Origin: a virus
IMG/VR virus record: IMGVR_UViG_3300020477_001849
Span: 1-64,000 of that record
Length of the DNA stretch: 64,000 nt
Direction: 5' to 3' (one strand)
The notes beneath the pieces were generated by a model, which saw only the letters and a list, made by a program, of their open reading frames with translations, made no database searches and was not told the DNA's origin. The translations under genes were made by a program, and so were the position numbers. Positions 50,336-58,533 of this stretch are shown in pieces (position 1 is the stretch's first letter; the number at the start of each line of letters is the position of its first letter).

Positions 50336-51238
50336 CTATCCAGCTGCGATTGTTTCTAAAACAGTTAAGTACTTTTTTGCACACGATAAAATATCAAGGC
50401 TGGAGTCATTTCCAGTATGCACAATTTTCGAAAAGTCCATTTTAGGGGGTTCATAAAGTTTTGTCGGGTTTAAGTCCCATTCATCTTCTTGAATTATAAT
50501 TGCATTTTTTCCTGCAATCTCTTTTGTGCCCCCGGTAGAAGAACAAATAATCTGGCAACCACTAGCTCTGGCATCCACCACTACATTGGGACAATGATCT
50601 AACCATGACATATGTACAAATTTATCGGCCCTTTTACATAATCCTATTAGTTGTGTCCAAACAACATCACCCACAAAAAATATCCTGTCATCTCCTAGCT
50701 TCTTCATTGTGGCATCATCTACGGTACCTGCAACAATCATGCATGCATCGCTAGGGGCGCATTCATGGAAATACCTAATATTCTCGTCTAGCCTCTTATG
50801 AGGCCTCCAGTGGGATGCACAAAGCCATACCTCTGATCTATTATCTAATTTGTGATCATTAATTGGATTAATATTATCAATATTTTTAGTGTATGTACCA
50901 TTATGAATGACGTGTAAATTATCTCTATTACCGAAATATTTCTTAACAAGCCCTAAGTCAAACTCAGACTGAATTATAATTGCTGCTGCATCATCATATG
51001 ATGCCTTGATGGGCTCATTCATTCTTTCCCACTCTTGAGCACTGTTAAAATAGATTCCGTCTAACCTTAAGGCAACAGGAGCATATTTCCTAGTGGTTGA
51101 AATAAAGCTCAACTGTACATCTCCGCCACGTGTCGTTATAGCGTGGCCCATGTCATGAAAACCATGCGCTAGTTTACCAGCAAATTGATTAGGGCCTGAA
51201 TTACTATAGAAGTCTACATTATTAAAACATATTCTCAT
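50336..51238 (-). CDS. Glycosyltransferase, GT4-like
   Basis: SGP..F, RLDG, IHNG, WRPHKR, DHCPNVVVDA (DX7D variant). Confidence 0.8.
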   Translation of the reverse strand: MRICFNNVDFYSNSGPNQFAGKLAHGFHDMGHAITTRGGDVQLSFISTTRKYAPVALRLDGIYFNSAQEWERMNEPIKASYDDAAAIIIQSEFDLGLVKKYFGNRDNLHVIHNGTYTKNIDNINPINDHKLDNRSEVWLCASHWRPHKRLDENIRYFHECAPSDACMIVAGTVDDATMKKLGDDRIFFVGDVVWTQLIGLCKRADKFVHMSWLDHCPNVVVDARASGCQIICSSTGGTKEIAGKNAIIIQEDEWDLNPTKLYEPPKMDFSKIVHTGNDSSLDILSCAKKYLTVLETIAAG

Positions 51239-51981
51239 ATAATGAATCCTCTTTCCCTTATCTTCTCAGCAGATTGTTTTTGATTGAGGGACCTATCACA
51301 TGTAAAAAGGTGGGGATCTTTTAAGTCTATACTGTAGTGGTAGCACACCATAGGTAAAAACATCCTATGCCGTTTCTCGACCCTTGCTTTGTGTAGTATA
51401 GGCAAGAAAACAGCTTGATCACACGCAATCATGATCCAATTACCATCTTCATCTTTAAAATTATTAATGTTAATATCATCAATCGATTTTTTTCGAAACG
51501 TCTTTAGGTGACTACTAACCCATGGGTACTGGTATTCATTAGCATCAGGTGGCAGCGGTGCAGATATATTTTTATTGGTAAAAGACCAGCGGTGTTTTGT
51601 CCATACTAGTGCAGGGTCCTTTGAACGATATACATCATCCAGTATTCTGAGTGTATCTAGATCAGTTAACCAATCACCACCATCTAATCTACAAACTACC
51701 TCATCGTCCTCTATCGTTTGGACAGCATCAATGGTATTTCTTACCTCGCCAAATTTCTCTTCCCTTTTTATAACCGTTAATTTATTGCCTAAATTAAAAT
51801 GCCTAGACATTGCCTCAACAACTTCTGCTGTATTATCCGTTGACATATCATCATACACAACCATCCTCCAGTCTTGATATGATTGTGCTATGACCGAGAT
51901 ACATGTCTGAACTATATTGTTTGCACAGTTAAATGCAGGTGTAACAATTACAAACTTAGTCTTGTCTTGATAACCACTCAT
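51235..51981 (-). CDS. Glycosyltransferase, GT2
   Basis: IVTPAFN, QSY.DW, DDMSTD, LDGGDW. Confidence 0.85.
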   Translation of the reverse strand: MSGYQDKTKFVIVTPAFNCANNIVQTCISVIAQSYQDWRMVVYDDMSTDNTAEVVEAMSRHFNLGNKLTVIKREEKFGEVRNTIDAVQTIEDDEVVCRLDGGDWLTDLDTLRILDDVYRSKDPALVWTKHRWSFTNKNISAPLPPDANEYQYPWVSSHLKTFRKKSIDDININNFKDEDGNWIMIACDQAVFLPILHKARVEKRHRMFLPMVCYHYSIDLKDPHLFTCDRSLNQKQSAEKIRERGFII

Positions 51982-53890
51982 TCATAACCTCCGGGTGATT
52001 ACATGCTAGCTCTATATGAGGTGTCGGCTTATCAAAATCGACCTTTTCATGAAATACCCATCCACCCATCTTTTCTTTAAGCTCTAGGGCTAATGCATCT
52101 ATCTCTTCCTCTTTTACTGAACTCCATGACTTTTCGAAAAACATATTATTCTCAGGTGTGTCATCTTGCTCTATATCATAGAGGCTTTGCCAGTGCTTAC
52201 TCCAGTAATCCCTATATGTCCGTATCTTTCTTCCTAGGTCAAACCACGAATAATGATGGACTGATGGTAATAATTCTATGTTTCTAGAAAACCATTCTTG
52301 ATACATCTTGAGGGCATCTTCATTTTTCATTAGGGCATGTGCCCTTAAATTATGTGCTTCCGAATTATAGAAATTAGCATGAGCTATGATATCATAATTT
52401 TCATTATGTATGTAGTCGCACCCATCAGTACCAGGCATTGCGTATAATGATCCATTATCATCAAATTTTCGTAATGAACCTGGTATGCCATGTGTAATAA
52501 ATTGGGAATTCTTTGATAGTCTCCACTTCCATGGGTTGACGTCAATCCGAACCTTTTCTTCACCACCCCAGTACTCAACGACAGGTAATGAAACTAGGTC
52601 GACCACACCTGGAAATGATTTAATCAAGTCTCTAATTTTCTTATAGTCATTCTCATGCACAATCTCGTCTGCATCTTGCTGCCAACAAAAATTACCAGTG
52701 CATAAAGATCTAGCATATGCCTTTTGTTCACCATCATAAACTGCAAACCTGGGATTATCCCAATCCCTAACATTTTGTACTGCCCTAATTTTTTCATTAC
52801 CAGCAGCCATTGTTTGTAGCTCACTCCAGGTGCTATCAGAAGAACCCCCATCAACTACAATGACCTCATCACAAAAACCTAGCATCGAGATAATGGATTC
52901 ACGCCATGGATACATTTGCTCTTCTGCGTTCAACAGTGTTGTGTATCCGGATATTGTAGGGTACCAATTCATAGAATGCTTAATGGAATTCCAGAATCTT
53001 TCTCTGGCTGCATAAAGATAAGCTTCCGTATCAAACTCATCATCAGTATTAAACCAGATTTCATCTTTGTGCTGAACATTATCATTAAGTTCAAGTTTGC
53101 AACCCAGCATCTTTGCTTCAATAACCAGCCTAGGACACGTGTCTCCTCCTCTAGGGAGATATACCAAACCTTCAGCTGTAGCTAGTCTGTTAAGGACGTC
53201 TTCATATTTCCAACCCCACACAATGTCATACTCTTTTCCGTTATTCTCACACCACTCTTTCGCATTCTCGAATCCCTTGACCCAGCTATTTGATCCTAGG
53301 ACGACCCATCCTTTCCGAACAGCGTTTTCATACTTTTCCTTTAGCACCTTCACTGACATGAAAAAAGACTCATCAAATACAGAGGATAGGATGACGTTTT
53401 CTCTTTCATTTAAGAATGGAAATAATTCATGGTAATGGTCCATTTGCTTTTCGGACATCCACCATAGGGATTTTGCGCCATAGAGAAATGCAGATACCAT
53501 CTTTCCCTGAACGTCATTTTCACAGCTACATTCTTCCCCCTCCGCTTCTTTATGCTTTTCCGGGGAACGCCACTTACAGTACTTGTAATCATACTCGAGT
53601 ACAGAATAATCTAGGTTACCTATGATTGAAGGAATAAGTTCTGGACTCATTAAAGAAAAATTACCAAATATCCAGTATTTTTCCACACCCTCTTCTAAAA
53701 GGGCCATAGTGAGATCTGATGATTTTATTTTTTGAACCTTAAATGGGCTCGAGTCTATTAGCGCATGCGTAGTCATCTCTGCGCCACCACTATATTCTTC
53801 AGCAAACATATCAGAAACAAATATGATATCAGAATCTGCTATAGTGATATCTGGACCTTGATTGGTTACAAAAGGACTGTTGGCAAACAT
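51956..53890 (-). CDS. Two-domain glycosyltransferase (GT-B-like N-terminus + GT2 C-terminus)
   Basis: GGAE, DTCPRLVIEAKMLGC; then DEVIVVDGGSSDST, WQQDADE. Confidence 0.8.
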   Translation of the reverse strand: MFANSPFVTNQGPDITIADSDIIFVSDMFAEEYSGGAEMTTHALIDSSPFKVQKIKSSDLTMALLEEGVEKYWIFGNFSLMSPELIPSIIGNLDYSVLEYDYKYCKWRSPEKHKEAEGEECSCENDVQGKMVSAFLYGAKSLWWMSEKQMDHYHELFPFLNERENVILSSVFDESFFMSVKVLKEKYENAVRKGWVVLGSNSWVKGFENAKEWCENNGKEYDIVWGWKYEDVLNRLATAEGLVYLPRGGDTCPRLVIEAKMLGCKLELNDNVQHKDEIWFNTDDEFDTEAYLYAARERFWNSIKHSMNWYPTISGYTTLLNAEEQMYPWRESIISMLGFCDEVIVVDGGSSDSTWSELQTMAAGNEKIRAVQNVRDWDNPRFAVYDGEQKAYARSLCTGNFCWQQDADEIVHENDYKKIRDLIKSFPGVVDLVSLPVVEYWGGEEKVRIDVNPWKWRLSKNSQFITHGIPGSLRKFDDNGSLYAMPGTDGCDYIHNENYDIIAHANFYNSEAHNLRAHALMKNEDALKMYQEWFSRNIELLPSVHHYSWFDLGRKIRTYRDYWSKHWQSLYDIEQDDTPENNMFFEKSWSSVKEEEIDALALELKEKMGGWVFHEKVDFDKPTPHIELACNHPEVMNEWLSRQD

Positions 53891-53954
53891 ATTCGAATTC
53901 TCCGTATCTACATACCAGTAGTCTAAACAAACATATTTTTTTTTAGATGTTTAA

Positions 53955-53982
53955 ATTATACATCCTATTAAATGTAGGTTTA
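53955..53982 (-). promoter_or_regulatory. Putative promoter TAAACC-N16-TATAAT heading the glycan island
   Basis: Perfect -10 hexamer 65 nt upstream of ATG 53890; architecture shared with other sites. Confidence 0.5.
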
Positions 53983-54075
53983 TTCTAGAATCTATAGATC
54001 AGAATTCCCAGTTTTCAGCATTCAGTAATTATAGAAACTTAATTCTAGAATTTAAGTACCTAATTTAATAGAATT
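53982..54075. repeat. AT-rich cluster of short palindromes and TAGAA iterations
   Basis: ATTCTAGAAT (53982-53991), ATCTATAGAT (53990-53999), AATTCTAGAATT (54041-54052). Confidence 0.5.
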
Positions 54076-54086
54076 TAGATTACTGA

Positions 54087-55391
54087 TTACAGTATATTAG
54101 AAGCCATGGCAGCAATTGCTGATCTCTGGCTATCTTTTAAATGAGCATGCGCAGCCAATTCAGTATTTTTTAATTTTTCGATTGCTATCGATAGCCCATT
54201 TGATTTTTTATCGATATAGGGTGTGTCGACCTGATCGGTATCACCCATCAGTACAATCTTCGAGCCATGTCCAATTCGAGTAATTATTGTTTTTAGTTCG
54301 TGAATAGTTGCATTTTGTGCTTCATCAACTATTACATAGGAATCATTAAAGGTTCTTCCTCTTATATACGCTAATGGGGCTATTTCTATTTCACCCTTTT
54401 GTTTCATCATGTCAAAATATGTTAGATCCTTAAAGGCATGCCTAAAATTATCCATAATGGGTGCCATCCATGGTGCCATTTTTTCGCCCATATCACCGGG
54501 TAAATAACCTAAATCTCTCCCAACAGGCTGTATTGACCTGGTCACAATAATTCTTTTATATTTTCTAGTCATAAGCCCAGCTAGCCCGCACATTAGGGCA
54601 AGATATGTTTTACCTGAGCCGGCTATACCTGTTAATGATACTAACTGAATTGTGGCATCACACAGAATATTCATAGCATATGCTTGCTCTTTTCCTCGGG
54701 GCTCTATATTAACTGTTGAACCCAGTTCAGTCTTTCCAATTTTATGTATCTGATTTTTCTTAAAAATACCGATTAGCGATTTTCCTGAATAGCTTTTTGC
54801 TATAACAAACTGGTTTGGGTATAATTCATGATCCAACCTGGTCAGGTCGATATATCCATCTTCATAAAATTTATCAACATCAGAATCGTCTAGACTTAGG
54901 ATACTAGGCTCTTCAGGCCCTTCCGAATCCGTCGACGGAATATGATCCTTCCAGTAGTCCTCTCCTACCAACCCTAGGGCATCACATTTAACTCGAAGGT
55001 TAATATCCTTGGTTACGAGCTTAACTGTCCTCTGGGGATGAATCCTAGCCAGTCCTAGGGCTGTGGCAACAATCTGGTTATCAGCATAATCAGGTAATAA
55101 GCCGGCGGGGATATCTTCAGGTTTTGAATAGCTGGTTTCTATCCTGATTGTTTGATCAGAATTAGGCAACTGGACTTCCTTATCCAACCGGCCGATTTCC
55201 CTAAGGCCGTCGAGATACCGGTTAACATACCTAGCAGACTCGCCCAATAGCCCGGATTTATCTTTAAACCTATCTAGTTCATCTAAAACCGGAAGAGGTA
55301 TAATAACGTCGTTTCCTGGAAATGAATGAATTGCGCTTTTATCATATAACAGCACGCTGGTATCTAGTACCAGTAATTTTCTGTTGCTCAT
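54087..55391 (-). CDS. phoH: PIN-PhoH fusion (PhoH2/YlaK-like)
   Basis: VLDTSVLL, ELD, DNQI, TKDINLR (PIN); GIAGSGKT, GYLPG, RGRT, DEAQN, TRIG, GD..Q (PhoH). Confidence 0.95.
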   Translation of the reverse strand: MSNRKLLVLDTSVLLYDKSAIHSFPGNDVIIPLPVLDELDRFKDKSGLLGESARYVNRYLDGLREIGRLDKEVQLPNSDQTIRIETSYSKPEDIPAGLLPDYADNQIVATALGLARIHPQRTVKLVTKDINLRVKCDALGLVGEDYWKDHIPSTDSEGPEEPSILSLDDSDVDKFYEDGYIDLTRLDHELYPNQFVIAKSYSGKSLIGIFKKNQIHKIGKTELGSTVNIEPRGKEQAYAMNILCDATIQLVSLTGIAGSGKTYLALMCGLAGLMTRKYKRIIVTRSIQPVGRDLGYLPGDMGEKMAPWMAPIMDNFRHAFKDLTYFDMMKQKGEIEIAPLAYIRGRTFNDSYVIVDEAQNATIHELKTIITRIGHGSKIVLMGDTDQVDTPYIDKKSNGLSIAIEKLKNTELAAHAHLKDSQRSAIAAMASNIL

Positions 55392-55407
55392 CTAGTATAT
55401 TCCCTCA

Positions 55408-55435
55408 TGTACAATCTTGAAAAAACCTATATGAT
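55408..55435 (+). promoter_or_regulatory. Putative promoter TGTACA-N16-TATGAT for the plus-strand gene
   Basis: Same spacing and upstream hexamer as the site at 56780-56807. Confidence 0.45.
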
Positions 55436-55468
55436 GTCTTATTACTAAATATGCACAACTTATAACTT

Positions 55469-55744
55469 ATGGATCATAATAAATCAAGTGAGATAGTCAA
55501 AGGCACTACATGTTTTAAGGAACATGAAAAAAGATCTTTAGCATGTGAAAAAACAGAATGCCGGCATTGGATTCATTACGAAGACTGTTATAACTGTACG
55601 ATACTTGCTAGCGATAAACAAAAGCATACACTTCAAGAAATAGGCGATCTATTTGGTATTACTAGAATGAGAATATGTCAAATAGAAAAATCAATACTGC
55701 AAAAGCTACTAAAGAATCGTGATGTAAAAAGCACTAAGCAGTAA
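55469..55744 (+). CDS. Stand-alone sigma-70 region 4 HTH protein with Cys-rich N-terminus
   Basis: HTLQEIGDLFGITRMRICQIEKSILQKL matches TLEEVG..F.VTRERIRQIE.KAL.KL; fills an otherwise empty gap. Confidence 0.85.
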   Translation: MDHNKSSEIVKGTTCFKEHEKRSLACEKTECRHWIHYEDCYNCTILASDKQKHTLQEIGDLFGITRMRICQIEKSILQKLLKNRDVKSTKQ

Positions 55745-55778
55745 TTCTAGATGACTAGCCACATTTTTTTAGATTAAT

Positions 55779-56136
55779 TGGTGGAGATGCCGGGAGTCGA
55801 ACCCGGGTCCAAAATAAGTCTATAATCAGGTCATTCACAAGTTTAGCTAATTTATTCCCGAACTAGCAAGGTATCTCGAAAAATCAACATTCCTATCGAG
55901 AATCGGAACCCACCTATTTCTAGGGACCATTCTTAATCTTTTTTATGTCGGTGAGATTAACCACTTATCCAGCTTTGATAACAAGGTTGCTGGAAACCCC
56001 GGATTAAGCAGCTAAGGCGTAATCATACTCAACATTATCGTTGGCATTTAAAGTTTATGACACTGTCAATCCATGTGTCACAGTTGGATACTTGCACCCT
56101 CGAACTTTCTTACCTTGTCGATACCAATTCACCCCC
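55779..56136 (-). ncRNA. ssrA: tmRNA (one-piece), tag peptide ANDNVEYDYALAA
   Basis: 5' GGGGGTGAATTGGTATCGAC; 3' GGACCCGGGTTCGACTCCCGGCATCTCCACCA with encoded CCA; acceptor stem has G3-U70; tag ORF 56045-56004 after TAAAT, ending ALAA-TAA; 358 nt. Confidence 0.97.
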
Positions 56137-56149
56137 ATATTAGTAGGTA

Positions 56150-56752
56150 TTATGGTTTGGCAATATTTTTCTTACGTGTCTTACGATGAATATCATCATT
56201 ATTATCTATCCACTTGATAATGGGATCCCCGCTATAGCAGTTTTCAAATACATACCATGCATAGACCATCATCCCTGTACGGTATTTTCCATCGTCTCGT
56301 AGTTTTTCGCCTAACATAGGATACCTGGTAAATACATGTACATGTTTAAGACCGTAATTGCGATCGCTGTATACATGATCATACCGCCGTTTTCCATGTA
56401 GGTATGATAAAGGAAGTAGCAGCGCAAACTTATTGACTGCTACTTCCTTTGCTTTTTCAATAAATTCCATTGCTAGCGAAAAAGGTGGATTCGTAACAAC
56501 GTAATCATACTGTTTAGTCTCTGTTAAGAAGTCAACATCTGCATCATATGATGTAATATTGCCATTCCAGAATTTATTCAATACCCTTACAATCGCACCG
56601 TTACCACATGCAGGTTCGCATATATTAAGGTCAATATTGAAATTTTCATTTGCAAATAAATGTTCTGTTATTGAGTAGGGCGTTTCATAAAAATCAGACC
56701 TTTTTCTCTGCCCTCGATTGTTACGACTAAAATTTTTCCCTTTTTGTGACAT
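56150..56752 (-). CDS. Amino (N6-adenine) DNA methyltransferase
   Basis: DFYETP, EPACGNG, TNPPF. Confidence 0.85.
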   Translation of the reverse strand: MSQKGKNFSRNNRGQRKRSDFYETPYSITEHLFANENFNIDLNICEPACGNGAIVRVLNKFWNGNITSYDADVDFLTETKQYDYVVTNPPFSLAMEFIEKAKEVAVNKFALLLPLSYLHGKRRYDHVYSDRNYGLKHVHVFTRYPMLGEKLRDDGKYRTGMMVYAWYVFENCYSGDPIIKWIDNNDDIHRKTRKKNIAKP

Positions 56753-56779
56753 ACCATACTCCAGTGCTAATATAGTTTG

Positions 56780-56807
56780 ATTATATTAAAACATTGATAT
56801 GTGTACA
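56780..56807 (-). promoter_or_regulatory. Putative promoter TGTACA-N16-TATAAT upstream of methyltransferase-tmRNA
   Basis: Perfect -10 hexamer; GGAG RBS downstream. Confidence 0.5.
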
Positions 56808-56875
56808 GATTGTCCTCGTTAAAGGGTGTATACCCATCAATACATCATACTTTTTGCTAGGGTAGATTTATTTAC

Positions 56876-57058
56876 CTACTTTTTTTCTGTGCTTAGGGTG
56901 ATCTTAACTAGGTCTGCTGCTTCCTTCTTAAGTAGCCTCAGGCCTTTCCTTGCACGTACCCCGGCTGAAGCATTTCCTCCTGCATTTTTGTGTACGTCTA
57001 GATCTAAACTCTCAACTAAGACCTTAATCTCATTCCATTTTTCTAAAATACCTGACAT
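56876..57058 (-). CDS. Histone H1-like Hc1-family small basic protein
   Basis: K..GGNASAGVRARKGL..LKK resembles the Hc1 GNKAAA.R.R motif; AGGAG RBS. Confidence 0.75.
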   Translation of the reverse strand: MSGILEKWNEIKVLVESLDLDVHKNAGGNASAGVRARKGLRLLKKEAADLVKITLSTEKK

Positions 57059-57071
57059 TTTAAAACTCCTT

Positions 57072-57302
57072 TTATACTATAACGTCATTATTAGAGCTAG
57101 ATGTAATATCATCTAGATAATCCTTAATACAACTAGAGATATTTGACATTGCAAATGTATCTTCTAACTCTAGTGATAAAAGATAAGATATTCTTAAAAT
57201 TTGCTGTTGGCTAACGCCATACTCTAGAATTCTTTGCACTATTTCTCTACACTCCAGCAATTCTTTTGCTTTTGATTCGCTGTCTGTTGTTCCTAACTTC
57301 AA
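57072..57302 (-). CDS. Hypothetical protein
   Basis: 76-aa ORF with TTG start and upstream GAGGA; fits the gap. Confidence 0.55.
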   Translation of the reverse strand: MKLGTTDSESKAKELLECREIVQRILEYGVSQQQILRISYLLSLELEDTFAMSNISSCIKDYLDDITSSSNNDVIV

Positions 57303-57326
57303 AATATCATCCTCACCTACATGTAA

Positions 57327-57788
57327 CTATACTGTTGTTCGATATACGAAAGGCTCAATCTTAAATTTATCTTTTCTCTCAAATACCAATCTTTTACCGC
57401 TTATCTCATCATCAATAGTCTCTTTTGATATGACTATGCTTTCTCCCCACAATTCATTCTGCATAATAAATGAGGCATTCTCAAATGTAGCAACATCAGA
57501 TTGATAACTCTCCAATACATCACAAACATCTTTTTCAAGTGATAGCTTAATGTCATCTATAGTAGCTATTGATCTAATCTCATCTCTTCCTGCTACAATT
57601 TCTGATTTACATAAGTCATGAACCTTATGTACTACATCACAATTATTACACTGTGCATACTTCGGGACTACGGTATTACTATCATCAATTATTGAGAAAA
57701 CAATAAATTTATGATATACAGGATTCTTGGCATTACGATACTGAGGTAGAATGCAGTGGCACTCTACTATGTGCTTAATTCCCTGCAT
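57327..57788 (-). CDS. Hypothetical protein with putative Zn site
   Basis: ECHC, H, CNNC, H residues. Confidence 0.65.
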   Translation of the reverse strand: MQGIKHIVECHCILPQYRNAKNPVYHKFIVFSIIDDSNTVVPKYAQCNNCDVVHKVHDLCKSEIVAGRDEIRSIATIDDIKLSLEKDVCDVLESYQSDVATFENASFIMQNELWGESIVISKETIDDEISGKRLVFERKDKFKIEPFVYRTTV

Positions 57789-58008
57789 CCTTACTATTTT
57801 TCACAGTAGATAGCACACCGTTCATGCCAACAGTAAATGACTTTTCAACCGAGCCATGTGTTTGATCAATAATCCATTGAACATCAGATATATCAAGGCC
57901 GGCATCCAAGAATTTTCCCTTAAGACCTCCGAGGTGCACAGTTAATTGCCCCTTGACATAGTCCTTAAGATCTATTAATGATTTTCCTACATTTGCTTCT
58001 AGGCTCAT
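57775..58008 (-). CDS. Hypothetical protein
   Basis: 77-aa ORF with AGGAG RBS. Confidence 0.55.
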   Translation of the reverse strand: MSLEANVGKSLIDLKDYVKGQLTVHLGGLKGKFLDAGLDISDVQWIIDQTHGSVEKSFTVGMNGVLSTVKNSKDAGN

Positions 58009-58068
58009 AGTATTCTCCTATGAAAAAAAATACATATATCTCTCTAGAAGTAAATAAATTCATTATGA

Positions 58069-58533
58069 TTACTTCGTATGCCTATCCGCGATTGAGAATG
58101 AAGCCCATGAATCCGGCTTGACAAAACAGCTGTATCCCATGGATTTAACATAGTTGACTAAAGGGCTTAAAAATTTAGAGCTAGCAAATTTAGGATTTTG
58201 GTTTATATCAATATGAATTGATATTCTAGAAGCATCGATGTGCTTTTGAATTTCTTGTGCTACATCAATTGAATGTGTTACTTCTTTTTGTAACCTAGAA
58301 CCTAGGGCGGCGTTTAAGTATTTTTTTTCCCAAATTCTTCTATAGAAATACCTGCCGCCCTTTTTTGGCTGGACAACACAAATTGCTATAGCAAAGTTAA
58401 CTTTTTCTTTTTTGACCTGTGAGTCTGTACCGATATGAATTTGGCTTCCTGGATGATTCCTTACAACAGTTAACATTTCATTGAATGAAATCCTATCACC
58501 TGATCCGGTATTCCAGAAACTATTTTGGTTCAT
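58069..58533 (-). CDS. RNase H-like YkuK (DUF458) family protein
   Basis: IGTDSQ, RL.KEV..S, IHIDIN, KPDSWAS..IADRH. Confidence 0.85.
   Translation of the reverse strand: MNQNSFWNTGSGDRISFNEMLTVVRNHPGSQIHIGTDSQVKKEKVNFAIAICVVQPKKGGRYFYRRIWEKKYLNAALGSRLQKEVTHSIDVAQEIQKHIDASRISIHIDINQNPKFASSKFLSPLVNYVKSMGYSCFVKPDSWASFSIADRHTK

Noticed and set aside
23765-53890. Bacterial LPS/capsule locus or chimeric assembly
   Set aside because: No export genes; same strand, packing and composition as flanking phage genes, and overlap-coupled into the sigma/baseplate module. Read-level validation was not possible
55779-55810. Apparent tRNA (GGTTCGACTCC T-arm plus CCA)
   Set aside because: It is the 3' end of the tmRNA; the pairing 5' strand is ~350 nt away with a tag ORF between
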